NCBI GenBank assembly: GCA_023265685.1
Contig: JAHFSP010000002.1
Location: 5,713-69,712 of the forward strand
Direction: 5' to 3'
Length of the DNA: 64,000 nucleotides
Source: Candidatus Woesearchaeota archaeon
GTDB taxonomy: Archaea > Nanobdellota > Nanobdellia > Woesearchaeales > GW2011-AR9
In this document: one piece after another, positions 56,701-64,000 of the stretch
How the letters are laid out: every line of letters starts with the position of its first letter
How positions within the stretch are numbered: position 1 is the stretch's first letter
Notes under the pieces: model-generated
The model's input: the letters and a program-made list of their open reading frames with translations, nothing else
Told to the model about the DNA's origin: nothing
Databases searched by the model: none
Position numbers and translations under genes: made by a program

Positions 56701-56844
56701 AATTGCAAGCATACACACAGCGATAATTTTCCAGAGTAGGCCGTGTTGGGAGTTATGTTGAGAGTTAGATTGTGAGGGATCAGGCCGAGTAGTGTTATGT
56801 TGTGTGCGTTTATTTTGTGCTTTATTGGGAGTTGTTGGAATCAT
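50767..56844 (-). CDS. giant (2025 aa) Cys-rich membrane/surface protein, orphan
   Basis: Uninterrupted 6-kb ORF. N-terminal TM/signal (LLWKIIAVCMLAILINTSVVTA), an Fn3-like domain (ATVTWQTDTPADSFIEYA...TTYQFKVQS) and Ig-like repeats. More than 1500 aa of Cys-rich sequence follow without a motif I recognise. One internal hydrophobic segment (AYIITGVSCIASFLGRWVS). Two C-terminal 4-Cys modules. Confidence 0.75.
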   Translation of the reverse strand: MIPTTPNKAQNKRTQHNTTRPDPSQSNSQHNSQHGLLWKIIAVCMLAILINTSVVTALEISGVTTQDVTQNSATVTWQTDTPADSFIEYAPAASSQTDTTNPLANSPQNPTPPTNQPQFIRKGDADAVTTHQLILPNLDPQTTYQFKVQSGPIIDDAQGSFYSFQTLAPDIATSSVTLTIPAIIQGTSLSFNGTAENGAAIKVLVNGHLGANAQAKGPTPQTADGTFVVTNVHLDEEKDNLIFVQATDSFGNTANTTSIVYADSHKPQITLLPVPELIGDKQLILNGSLSENSSIEVFVNNRSVEQQENLDAAQPFSLSVDLQEGQNALIIRATDRAGWVTEKILNLKADIQVPTLRAEIEKGYQYYETRAESSISGETESGAKVYLYIYRPEGQQYTPDFSRAVTVVTADQNGSFRFKDVDFSLSLRSQLTTKKLTPRQVPSELAQVSIFPIQEQLAAQQQVTYFVYIIAEDSSGKSVGWQRTVNVNSCSSGDLAFGLENMAKFQQPYRLNPTLLDDGRQEIQTVFKFNYLGQGTPTLDASGNQYDRNYKITNVRIEPACTQAMKDDTRFGIGCQLLPGSTRPILGPDAVYATWTLIGASKFSKKEDKFWNDFKKRQIVFPLKVTIEYQEKSGNKNPDTNEEQWSQTKTQTSCQDIGYFVDIPLESKDLIPDFIANDGVAALNKTIDMLQTARGYVETAYIITGVSCIASFLGRWVSRGIRVATSRLESYFEFAKPQNQAKQKGGSFDETGKCPINQNNLYLRSTLENWYEMYTADPAQYGAWLPGKVVDAFNAGGLEGDKTKDITLDELCDSTATAWKFEAALDQAYRWTCDRAFCRAVPAGWTEDKTEEAITKIIQAESSCAVTGRGVPLKPLENCQDHLKADATHLVVDAKDVGNCWTKGDGSDVIYYKDPNPDFNADSKRGIFHLRPANKLLGGLVAQEDTLIVYQPPDSEGLIAGRDVTCQEVCSDPYKGAFTDQYKFDKQKGYFSKGCYKEKNDDKGIPQLYDQSDKILGSTDETPRYAAGYTKDCFIQSYTDTREPEFYQCVCTGTPPTKQTHSNDDRSLRTAVEANKFKQGVEEKWSYREERIYKENKGRVGTYYPEIRYYSGRDLSGAFGQDYVTDYLPGEKKVAKVDPHAGFIESVQTMCTSGILKHMVMLESILVGLRNCLVEAKYTGLYDAGACKTWFTQNVCGLVYKGIASMLSNSCTPSNFDDVGKGGAFEDVGVIVKEGTRGMTDALQSSVSDIKADYGNAELNNYFQGGAQGFAQSMCMAAFGFDFPLFSKDFLLDAAYAFPTHTSVVVAPAFRELSTFNPARQTAIHNYEIGAVIMPGCKITRAVTSLKCIGPEDRGFYGVDLSCNGKGCDCLLADPKSEFAGEREKIIHSDMSIASGRMFSVPIDTPQRIDSHFRYDHVKVEVEIDPAENPELCFDKEVAQGRKGVWYFPITDTTPELVGTCSVDAVSGRYNCPELSNLFGAGQAAIESPYMECHDARTDRWVNCQTPNLFILGDDVRVRLNLALNGKGMCLKRTIRNLPGVSQDAIFPIPDNVQGTFKKEDSIAIVRSEMFGGVSNLLQTVGKGTTQSNNGCPNSPTYSGTPDDVHDGTEFLFGYTPVTNGAGKVTVSVPADATLTPQSTQAGYSVSAGSLALSNVKELTVDQANQASFNVDGFTLSNAIGRPELGTQPLQCTYRVAKKSVYANEANSKEIQVVYELYEHDEGGGCTTPTQIAKPPAIGKNRHVQQVRIQKTATAVAEVGGLHDVFMQDNYNRVHQIAIGVFKELGNDMTNALALYYDTLAFVMKGKTEKNDVAAYKTELNNLLKYFFGEAGQRNYAGQPAPAYGPDVTDTTDYKKISIYLCEVDKKINGDTTDGKGLYCNAGTLASAKRELAGKCDSTIYDKSILNDDYIYQCKVDNKAAACNTKTGRTNPVFVIPANHALFVLCNTSTSPTAPSPASPPSGDCTSQGFDKRISGDTTWAYKCLTTTTASSCTIATNVIQNPSFIIPSGNELITKCASTPTPSP

Positions 56845-58931
56845 GAGATCAACTCCGGAGCTGGAATGGCGAGACTATCTTGATCAAGCTTGGTCATCAG
56901 ATTAATAACTCCTGTATTGGAAGTGTCAGTAGGAACTAATGTGTGAATCACAATTTTGTGTGTGTTTTCGAGCTGATTCCAGACAACTGTCCAGTTGCCT
57001 TTGTAGCCGCCGATGACTTCTCCTCCCCCCTCATCACTGATACCGCCTTTGAGCAAGAGAACTTCTAGTGGATAGGTAAAGTCAGCTTGAGCGAGAAATT
57101 GGAGTTCTTGTTTTTGGCTGATTTCAGGGTCAAGGCTTGATGAGATGATTGTTTTTACGTCATGGAAATGGGATGAGAATGGATCGCGAGAGGTCATGTT
57201 ACCATCATAATAAAATGAGATAAATGCAGTAACATCGTCAGAGAGTTTTTGAGCAGGCCCAATTTGGGAAGAGGAGGTGAATTGGTGTGTTACTATTTCA
57301 ACATTGGATAGGGGGAATGCCTCAAGAGGGATTAATTCTAATTCTACCTCACCGTCGGGGTTGCTGACGACGCGTTTCCAGTCTTCTTTGTAGCCGTCTT
57401 TACTTGCGCGAACAATGGCACCTCCACAGAGTGGAACGTTGGTACGAGTTGCTGCAACATCACCCATGCCGGCAAAATCATATTGGGTTTGCGCGATTGC
57501 ATCACATTGATATTGTAAACAATTGTAGGAAATATCTGCACCCTCTAGAGGAGTACGGGAATAGACACCTTCATTGTTATTGACTAATTGATAGGTTTTG
57601 AATGTAAATGGAACTGTTCCTGCTTGACAGAATTGATCATTATCGTAGGTGCCAAATACAACCGCTGTTCCTTGATGAGGCGTGTCTTTGCGATTGGGGA
57701 TGTTATGGTGTAGATGAACCGTAAATGAACTTTTGAAGTCGTATCCAGTTGTTTCATCATGAACTCGTACCACGACGGGAAAGCTTACATCGTAGGTAAA
57801 TTTCCACGACTGCATACAGAAGAAAGAGAGTAGAGAATTGTGCTGTCCAAAAGAATTACTGCGTAACGCATTACCACTACGTGGGCTCACATCAAACGTA
57901 AATGGATAATTGTCATCAAATGTGAAGACAACGGAGAGTTCATCGCCATACGATACATCATCGCCAAGGTTCCAGAAATAATGATTTTGATAATAAGGGA
58001 GATCTGCAGGGTATTGGTTGATGTTGGTGCCTTTCACTTTCAGTTGTGCAAGATTAACGCGCAAAAGGTCTTTGAGGGTTTGTTTGACTTTGTCAAGCGG
58101 CCAGCGTTTGGGAGCACAACTGACTTCAAATCCGGCAACAGGTAAATCTTTATGCTCTAATGCGATGAGATCTTGGGTAAGATCTTCTAGTTTGAGGTCA
58201 CGTAGTTCAACATCGAGAATTCGACGAGAGAGGTCGTAGGCATGTTTGAGTTTGATGTCTGATTCAGCAACATGATTTGCAACTTCGGTTACAATCTCGC
58301 CGTTTTTGTCTTTAACGAGAAGATCCCAATGGACATTGAAAATGATTTTACTTTCGACGATTTCAGTGTTGCCAGTAATGGGACTGCGTTCTTCGACATC
58401 GTAGGAATCTAGTTTTCCTAATTCAAAGACGCAATTATGTAATTTTTGTTCAAGTTCATGATCCAGTTGGGTTTTGATGTCTTCAAGGCTGGGGTAAAGA
58501 GTGTTTTCACCATACGCCCAATAGGGAAGATCTGAAACGGGAGAGGTTTGTAAGTATAGATTAGCGTTATCTGCAATCTGGGAAGGAATGGTGAGATAAC
58601 CTCCTTGTTGACCAAGGGTGCGTACAGCATTTTCTCCGACGTTAGTAATACAAGAAGTGATAAGTTGTTCGATACGATTTTTTTCGGTGGGGATGATTTC
58701 TCCAGGTTTGAATGTGACCACTTGGGTTTTGATAGCGATAATAAGAATGATGGAGAGTAACGCAACAATTCCTAAGATGATGAAAATGGTGACTTGACCA
58801 CGGCGAGTGGGTATTGTGGTGAGAGAGGGTATTGTGGGAGGTATTGGAGAATGCGAGTTGGGATTAGAGTGAGCTGATAATTGAACAGAGGACGGACTAC
58901 TACGGACACGATCAAACCTCTTTTGTAACAT
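56841..58931 (-). CDS. 696-aa protein with archaeal class III (type IV pilin-like) signal motif
   Basis: TRRG-QVTIFIILGIVALLSIILIIAI (residues 42-67) fits [KR]-G-[Q]-hydrophobic. No motif was recognised in the rest. Its stop overlaps the ATG of the giant gene (ATGA 56841-56844). Confidence 0.65.
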   Translation of the reverse strand: MLQKRFDRVRSSPSSVQLSAHSNPNSHSPIPPTIPSLTTIPTRRGQVTIFIILGIVALLSIILIIAIKTQVVTFKPGEIIPTEKNRIEQLITSCITNVGENAVRTLGQQGGYLTIPSQIADNANLYLQTSPVSDLPYWAYGENTLYPSLEDIKTQLDHELEQKLHNCVFELGKLDSYDVEERSPITGNTEIVESKIIFNVHWDLLVKDKNGEIVTEVANHVAESDIKLKHAYDLSRRILDVELRDLKLEDLTQDLIALEHKDLPVAGFEVSCAPKRWPLDKVKQTLKDLLRVNLAQLKVKGTNINQYPADLPYYQNHYFWNLGDDVSYGDELSVVFTFDDNYPFTFDVSPRSGNALRSNSFGQHNSLLSFFCMQSWKFTYDVSFPVVVRVHDETTGYDFKSSFTVHLHHNIPNRKDTPHQGTAVVFGTYDNDQFCQAGTVPFTFKTYQLVNNNEGVYSRTPLEGADISYNCLQYQCDAIAQTQYDFAGMGDVAATRTNVPLCGGAIVRASKDGYKEDWKRVVSNPDGEVELELIPLEAFPLSNVEIVTHQFTSSSQIGPAQKLSDDVTAFISFYYDGNMTSRDPFSSHFHDVKTIISSSLDPEISQKQELQFLAQADFTYPLEVLLLKGGISDEGGGEVIGGYKGNWTVVWNQLENTHKIVIHTLVPTDTSNTGVINLMTKLDQDSLAIPAPELIS

Positions 58932-58953
58932 CGAGATTATGATAGCAAGATGA

Positions 58954-58961
58954 TTTATAAA
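58954..58961 (-). promoter_or_regulatory. TATA box (TTTATAAA) of the four-gene surface operon
   Basis: 22 nt separate the octamer from ATG 58931, the same spacing as at grpE, serS, 19214 and 41303. This implies a leaderless transcript. Confidence 0.45.
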
Positions 58962-59148
58962 GCTTATGCTCTTTCACCGACTGTAAAAGTAGGTGTGGTT
59001 TAGGGCATTTGACGATTGCGTTTCACGCCACCTAAGAATATGAGGAAAAATTGCATTTAACGAGATAGTCTTAGTGATTTAGGAGAGGTTTAATGGTAAA
59101 AATAGATAGAAATAATAGAGATTTTGTTAAACTAGACATTTTGTTAAA

Positions 59149-59961
59149 TTATCCAATATAACGAGAATCGTCTTCTCTGCCTTGGGTGCCGGGCATGGAG
59201 TTGGAATGCATCTCTGCAGTCCATTCTTGAGTTCGATTCAGATTTTCTTTTTCTAATTCTATGACGTCTTTGGTGAGCTTAGCAAGATTTAGATTATACT
59301 TGTATTTTAAGTTGATGAGACGGATAAGTTCACGGGCTCCGGTTACGCCCATATACAAAGGGTCGACATTTGTTTCAGCTAATAGTGCAACAGTATTAAT
59401 TCCACGACGCACACCTAGGCCTAAGAGTACCCCTGAAACACCAATGATAGGGCCAACTGCACCATAAATGGTTTTTTCGACCCCTAGGCTTTTTGAAGTA
59501 TATTCTTTGAGTAATGATGAGGTGTTGCTAGTACAATATACTTTGGGGTGTTGAGGAGCGGAATGGAGGCCTATGCCGCCTAAGGCCACGATATGTGGGC
59601 AGTCGAAGCGTTTGGCTATTTTGATAACTTCCTCACAAAAAGTATAGCAGCCTTCTTCATCAATCGGTTGGATGTCACCAGCGAGAATTAAGAGGTCTCT
59701 TTTTTTTGATTGAGGAGGAAATTTTTTGTAGTATAATTCAATTTTTGGGGAGTCGACAAGGTTTTGTTCATTCACGAAGACGGAATGAGGAAATTTATGT
59801 GAGAAGAAAGAGTATAGTTTGATTGCTTTACACTCTTCAATGAGAAAGTCAGCAGTGATTTTGCCTACACAACCAATACCCGGTAAGCCTTCGATAAGAA
59901 GGGGTTTATTGAGAGAGGGTAGAGTTTTCACTTCCGGTACTACTTCCCATATTGCCGACAT
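59149..59961 (-). CDS. PAC2-family proteasome assembly chaperone
   Basis: 270 aa. LLIEGLPGIGCVGKITADFLIE and the overall size match archaeal PAC2/PbaA-like proteins. Confidence 0.6.
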   Translation of the reverse strand: MSAIWEVVPEVKTLPSLNKPLLIEGLPGIGCVGKITADFLIEECKAIKLYSFFSHKFPHSVFVNEQNLVDSPKIELYYKKFPPQSKKRDLLILAGDIQPIDEEGCYTFCEEVIKIAKRFDCPHIVALGGIGLHSAPQHPKVYCTSNTSSLLKEYTSKSLGVEKTIYGAVGPIIGVSGVLLGLGVRRGINTVALLAETNVDPLYMGVTGARELIRLINLKYKYNLNLAKLTKDVIELEKENLNRTQEWTAEMHSNSMPGTQGREDDSRYIG

Positions 59962-60120
59962 GGTTTTAGAGAGAAGAAATGAGGTTTATATACGTTTGGA
60001 TTAAAAAATTATTTTTAAGATATATTTCTACATGATTATGACCTCGTTATTCACAACTACATTTTTACCTAAGCTGATTCAGGCATAATCTTTAAAAGAG
60101 TGATGAATTTGAGAAGAGAT

Positions 60121-61521
60121 ATGGAATTGACGTTGTTTAATACTCTTACTCGAAGTAAAGAGAGATTTAATTCACTCACTCCATTGCATGTGGGAATGTA
60201 TACCTGCGGCCCCACTGTGTATAATTTCATGCATATTGGAAATTTGAGATCATTTCTTTTTGAGGATGTTCTTCGTCGTACATTGATGTTGAATGATTAC
60301 AAAGTTGAACACGTTATGAATATTACCGATGTTGGCCATCTTACGTCTGACGCTGATGATGGTGAAGACAAGATGCTTAAAGGAGCAAAGCGTGAGCAAA
60401 AAACGGTCTGGGAAATTGCTGAGTTTTATACGCATGCGTTTGTGGCTGATTGTCAGAGATTGAATTTACTTGCACCAACTGTTTTGTGTAAAGCAACAGA
60501 CCATATCACTGAACAGATAAATATGATTCGGGCGTTGGAAAAGAAAGGATTTACCTATGTTCATGGGGGAAACGTGTATTTTGATACGTCAAAGCTGCCT
60601 GACTATGGAAAATTAGCTCGACTGCAATTGAACGCGGAGACAAAAGCTCGTGTTGATCAAGACGAGAATAAGAAACACCCTCACGATTTTGTGTTGTGGT
60701 TTACGAAGTCTAAATTTCAAGACCAGGAGATGAAATGGCCTTCGCCATGGGGCGTAGGATATCCTGGGTGGCACATTGAGTGTTCAGCAATGGCGACAAA
60801 ATATCTAGGTGAGCAGTTCGATATTCATTGTGGGGGCATTGACCATATCCCTGTGCACCATACCAACGAAATTGCACAAACAGAAGGAGTTACCGGTAAA
60901 AAGCCATGGGTGAAATATTGGATGCATGGTGAATTTCTCGTCATTTCGTCGGGTGAGAAGATGGCCAAATCTGGAGAAAACTTTGTGATTTTACAGACGT
61001 TGATTGATAGAGGTATTGATCCGCTTGATTATCGTTATTTCTGTTTGGGTACTCATTATCGTAACCCATTAATGTTTTCCTTTGAAGCGTTGGAGGGTGC
61101 AAAGAATGCGCGTCGACGATTGAATGAGAAAGTACTTGAATTTAAAAAAGAAGGAGCTCAAATAATTGATAGATTAGAGAGAAAAGCGTTTGGATATTTA
61201 GACAACTTTACTAGTGATGTCAATGATGATCTTAATACTCCTAAAGCGTTGGCAATTGTTTGGGATGTTGTTAAAGATGATGAATTAACTGTTTCTGAAA
61301 AGTATAGCTTGCTTTTGAAAATGGATGCTGTTTTAGGTTTGAAACTTGATCACGTGATGGAAGAGAAAGTACCGGCTGCTGTTGTTAGGTTAGCGCATGA
61401 GAGATTGAAAGCTCGTGTGGCAAGGGATTGGATCAAATCTGATGAATTGCGTGCCGAGATTGATGCGATGGGCTGGATTGTGGGCGATACAAAAGAAGGT
61501 TTTGAGTTGAAGAAGAAGTAA
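60121..61521 (+). CDS. cysS: cysteinyl-tRNA synthetase
   Basis: MELTLFNTLTRSKERF start. HIGN motif (FMHIGNLRSF), GWHIECS zinc site and KMAKS (the KMSKS motif). The ORF track starts at GTG 60100; ATG 60121 fits CysS N-termini better. Confidence 0.9.
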   Translation: MELTLFNTLTRSKERFNSLTPLHVGMYTCGPTVYNFMHIGNLRSFLFEDVLRRTLMLNDYKVEHVMNITDVGHLTSDADDGEDKMLKGAKREQKTVWEIAEFYTHAFVADCQRLNLLAPTVLCKATDHITEQINMIRALEKKGFTYVHGGNVYFDTSKLPDYGKLARLQLNAETKARVDQDENKKHPHDFVLWFTKSKFQDQEMKWPSPWGVGYPGWHIECSAMATKYLGEQFDIHCGGIDHIPVHHTNEIAQTEGVTGKKPWVKYWMHGEFLVISSGEKMAKSGENFVILQTLIDRGIDPLDYRYFCLGTHYRNPLMFSFEALEGAKNARRRLNEKVLEFKKEGAQIIDRLERKAFGYLDNFTSDVNDDLNTPKALAIVWDVVKDDELTVSEKYSLLLKMDAVLGLKLDHVMEEKVPAAVVRLAHERLKARVARDWIKSDELRAEIDAMGWIVGDTKEGFELKKK

Positions 61522-61531
61522 AAAATATTTA

Positions 61532-61918
61532 TCACAGTGGATGCTTTGCCACTCTTTGTTCTAATTGGGTTTGTGTGAGGTAAAGTCCTTGCTTTCGTGC
61601 TTGATCTACTTCTGTTTGTTTGGCTCGAAGAACTCCTTGCAAGCTAATTTCTAAACCGCTGTCACGTACACGTTCTTCAATCTTTTTTTCTGCTTTGCTC
61701 ATACCACCGTAATGACGAATGGGCTTGCCTAAGATTCTTTGTTCTATAAAATAAGGTGCTGATTCTAACGGCATGGCAACATATCCAATACATACTGAAA
61801 TATCTATGGCTGTTTCGCTTTGTGGAGTTGTGATCGCCCAATAGAGATGGGGTTTGCGTTTTTCATTTACTTCTTGCATGCGTTTAAGATGAGACCATTC
61901 TTTAAAAATGATTGTCAA
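61532..61918 (-). CDS. hypothetical protein
   Basis: 128-aa ORF downstream of the TPP enzyme on the same strand. Confidence 0.4.
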   Translation of the reverse strand: MTIIFKEWSHLKRMQEVNEKRKPHLYWAITTPQSETAIDISVCIGYVAMPLESAPYFIEQRILGKPIRHYGGMSKAEKKIEERVRDSGLEISLQGVLRAKQTEVDQARKQGLYLTQTQLEQRVAKHPL

Positions 61919-61945
61919 AGAATAAGTGAGAGAAGAGGTACAGTT

Positions 61946-63598
61946 CTACAATGGACACAACAAATTTCCTAATTCTTCACCCCAGACTTTGGTGTTTTCA
62001 CTGTAGTCGATAGGGCATTCGATGATCACGGGGCCTTTTTGTTTGAATGCTTTTTCTAAGAGCGGTGTGAGATCGGTTGCTTTCTCTACTTTGTATCCTA
62101 CTGCGCCGTAGGCTTGGGCATATTTGACGAAATCGGGATTGCCGTAATCAAGTGCGAAGTCTTTGAAGCCAGCTGTTTGTTGTTTCCATTTGATGAAGCC
62201 ATAGGCGTTATCGTTGACAATGAGTATGACAACATTAAGACCAAGACGTACAGCTGTCTCAAGTTCTTGGGAGTTCATCATAAATCCACCATCGCCACAA
62301 ACGGCAAGCACACGTTTTTGAGGATAGAGTAATTTTGCGGCCATGGCACTTGGGAGGCCTGCGCCCATTGTGGCAAGAGCGTTGTCAAGAAGGAATGTCC
62401 CAATATTGTAGGTAGGGTAATGACGAGAGAACCAAAGTTTGTAGATGCCGTTGTCAAGGCATACGATGTCTTCTTTACCAAGAGCTGTACGACACTCTTT
62501 GACGATGCGTCGAGGTCTGAGAGGAAACGCAGGGTCATTGGCACCTTCTTCTAGGAGTTTTTTGGTAAGTTCTGTTTTGATTTTTTTCTCGTAGATCCCA
62601 TTGTTATGATATCCTTTTAACTCTTGTGTAAGAGCAGTAAGACTTTGTCCGATGTCTCCAATTATTTCCCACGTTGGATTGTAATAAATATCAACTTCGG
62701 CAGGGGTAAAATCTATATGGAGAATTTTTTTGTCCATTTCTTTATTCCAGACACTGGGAGGATGTTCTCCAACAGAATAACCGATAGTGATGAGGAGATC
62801 GGCACGTTCAACAACGCAATTAACGTAATCTTTTTTGTGTAGACCAAATGAGTAGAGGGATTGGGGATGGTCGTCACCGAGTACTCCTTTTCCAAGTTGG
62901 GTATGGACTGCATAGAGACCAGTTACACTGCAGAGTTGTTTGATTGCAGCACTCACACTTCGACGTTGGGCACGGCTTGAGACGATAAGAAGAGGATTTT
63001 TCGCTGCACGAATCATTTCAGCAGCAGTAGTAATAGTTTTTTGATCAGCAATAGGACGACGCATCTGAGTGGCGTGGTATGAACTGAATTTTTCATCGAC
63101 TTGTTCATGGGCAATATCCTCAGGAAGTTCGATGTGGCAGACACCGTGACGTTCGGTCGTTGCGAGTTTGAATGCAGTACGAATTTCTTTGGGAATTGAT
63201 TTAGGGCCTTGAATCTGTACGGCACGTTTAGTGAGTGGACGTAGAATATTGACGACGTCGAGGACTTGAAAACTGGCTTGAACATTTTCTCTTATCCCTT
63301 TTTGGCCTGTGAGAGCAATCATGGGCATGCCGCCAAGATGGGCATGAGCAATCCCCGTGACGAGGTTTGTGGCACCTGGTCCGAGTGTTGAGAGACATAC
63401 TCCGGGCTTTCCAGTAAGACGACCATAGGTTGCAGCCATGAATGCGGAACATTGTTCATGACGATTCACAATAACTTTAATTTTAGAGGGACGTAATGAT
63501 TCGAGAAGATCAAGATTTTCTTCTCCTGGTACCGCAAAGACATACTCTACTCCTTCTTGTTCAAGACATCGGACAAATAAATCGCTGGCTTTGATCAT
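61946..63598 (-). CDS. thiamine-pyrophosphate enzyme, acetolactate synthase large subunit-like (AlsS/IlvB family)
   Basis: 550 aa. N-terminus GVEYVFAVPGEENLDLL and TPP motif GDGGFMMNSQELETAVRLGLNVVILIVNDNAYG. Confidence 0.8.
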   Translation of the reverse strand: MIKASDLFVRCLEQEGVEYVFAVPGEENLDLLESLRPSKIKVIVNRHEQCSAFMAATYGRLTGKPGVCLSTLGPGATNLVTGIAHAHLGGMPMIALTGQKGIRENVQASFQVLDVVNILRPLTKRAVQIQGPKSIPKEIRTAFKLATTERHGVCHIELPEDIAHEQVDEKFSSYHATQMRRPIADQKTITTAAEMIRAAKNPLLIVSSRAQRRSVSAAIKQLCSVTGLYAVHTQLGKGVLGDDHPQSLYSFGLHKKDYVNCVVERADLLITIGYSVGEHPPSVWNKEMDKKILHIDFTPAEVDIYYNPTWEIIGDIGQSLTALTQELKGYHNNGIYEKKIKTELTKKLLEEGANDPAFPLRPRRIVKECRTALGKEDIVCLDNGIYKLWFSRHYPTYNIGTFLLDNALATMGAGLPSAMAAKLLYPQKRVLAVCGDGGFMMNSQELETAVRLGLNVVILIVNDNAYGFIKWKQQTAGFKDFALDYGNPDFVKYAQAYGAVGYKVEKATDLTPLLEKAFKQKGPVIIECPIDYSENTKVWGEELGNLLCPL

Positions 63599-63680
63599 AG
63601 TGGCACCTTGTTGATTTTGAATTTTGAATTTTTTTAGTTTTATAATTTTTTATGATTTTGTTGAAATGTCCTTTGGATAA

Positions 63681-64000
63681 TTACGGTTCATACACGTTAA
63701 TTGTTTTTATATTGACGAATTCTTTAATTCCGTAGTGGGATAACTCTCGACCATACCCACTCTTTTTAATTCCTCCGATGGGAAGAAGGGGATGGCTTTT
63801 GGAAATGGAATTGATGAAGATGGCGCCAGCGTTGATTTTGTGGGCAAGATGTTTTGCTTTTTTGAGATCTTGTGTCCAGAGAGAGGCGCTTAGACCAAAT
63901 TCTGTTTGATTGGCAATTTGAATTGCTTCGTCATCATTTTCAACGACGATAATTGGTGCAATAGGCCCAAATGTTTCGGTACACACTGCGTTCATTTGAG
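63681..64000 (-). CDS. aldehyde dehydrogenase family protein, partial (5' part beyond the right window edge)
   Basis: ETFGPIAPIIVVENDDEAIQIANQTEFGLSASLWT...NAGAIFIN... and GGIKKSGYGRELS are the conserved ALDH C-terminal motifs. The reading frame is open to base 64000. Confidence 0.8.
   Translation of the reverse strand, partial: QMNAVCTETFGPIAPIIVVENDDEAIQIANQTEFGLSASLWTQDLKKAKHLAHKINAGAIFINSISKSHPLLPIGGIKKSGYGRELSHYGIKEFVNIKTINVYEP

Noticed and set aside
1-64000. CRISPR arrays, rRNA genes, integrases/transposases, prophage blocks
   Set aside because: I found no short direct repeats regularly interspaced with unique spacers. There are no long ORF-free GC-shifted stretches typical of rRNA. 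No recombinase or transposase motifs appear in any translated ORF.

Overview
AT-rich, gene-dense window (about 65 genes, short intergenic regions, several ATGA stop/start overlaps). It reads as an archaeal chromosome fragment, most plausibly from a small-genome DPANN-type lineage; that assignment is inference. Archaeal markers: a ribosomal stalk operon uL1-uL10(P0)-P1, TruD, a PAC2 proteasome-assembly chaperone, two TrmB-family regulators, two intron-containing tRNAs (one with a second intron in the T-loop), oligo-T terminators, and TATA octamers exactly 22 nt upstream of several ATGs (leaderless mRNAs). Bacterial-type genes sit among them: metK, trhO-tgt-queA, grpE-dnaK-(HD)-dnaJ, fpg/mutM, SulP and SSF transporters, an AlsS-like TPP enzyme and an aldehyde dehydrogenase. 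The accessory part is dominated by very large secreted or membrane-anchored proteins. (1) 29346-36344 (+) encodes a tandem-HTH protein, a 1690-aa sequon-rich CBM-like/LamG/Fn3 surface protein carrying an in-frame 921-bp tandem duplication (872 bp perfectly identical), and a 431-aa doubly anchored protein. (2) 47466-58931 (-) holds four genes joined by ATGA overlaps behind one TATA box: a 696-aa protein with an archaeal class III (type IV pilin-like) signal motif, a 2025-aa Cys-rich orphan giant, a small membrane protein, and a 917-aa secreted protein combining Cys/Asp repeats, an SGNH esterase and an SLT lytic-transglycosylase domain. Murein is not an archaeal polymer, so I flag this locus as the best candidate for an undescribed cell-surface system for host or prey attachment and wall breaching. 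Other items: a MITE-like element (141 bp, imperfect terminal inverted repeats, 9-bp direct repeats) upstream of tRNA-Asn, a 590-bp ORF-free hairpin-rich gap, and three adjacent tRNA position-34 modification genes. No CRISPR array, rRNA, transposase or integrase was seen. All functional calls rest on motif-level reading of the translations, not on database searches.
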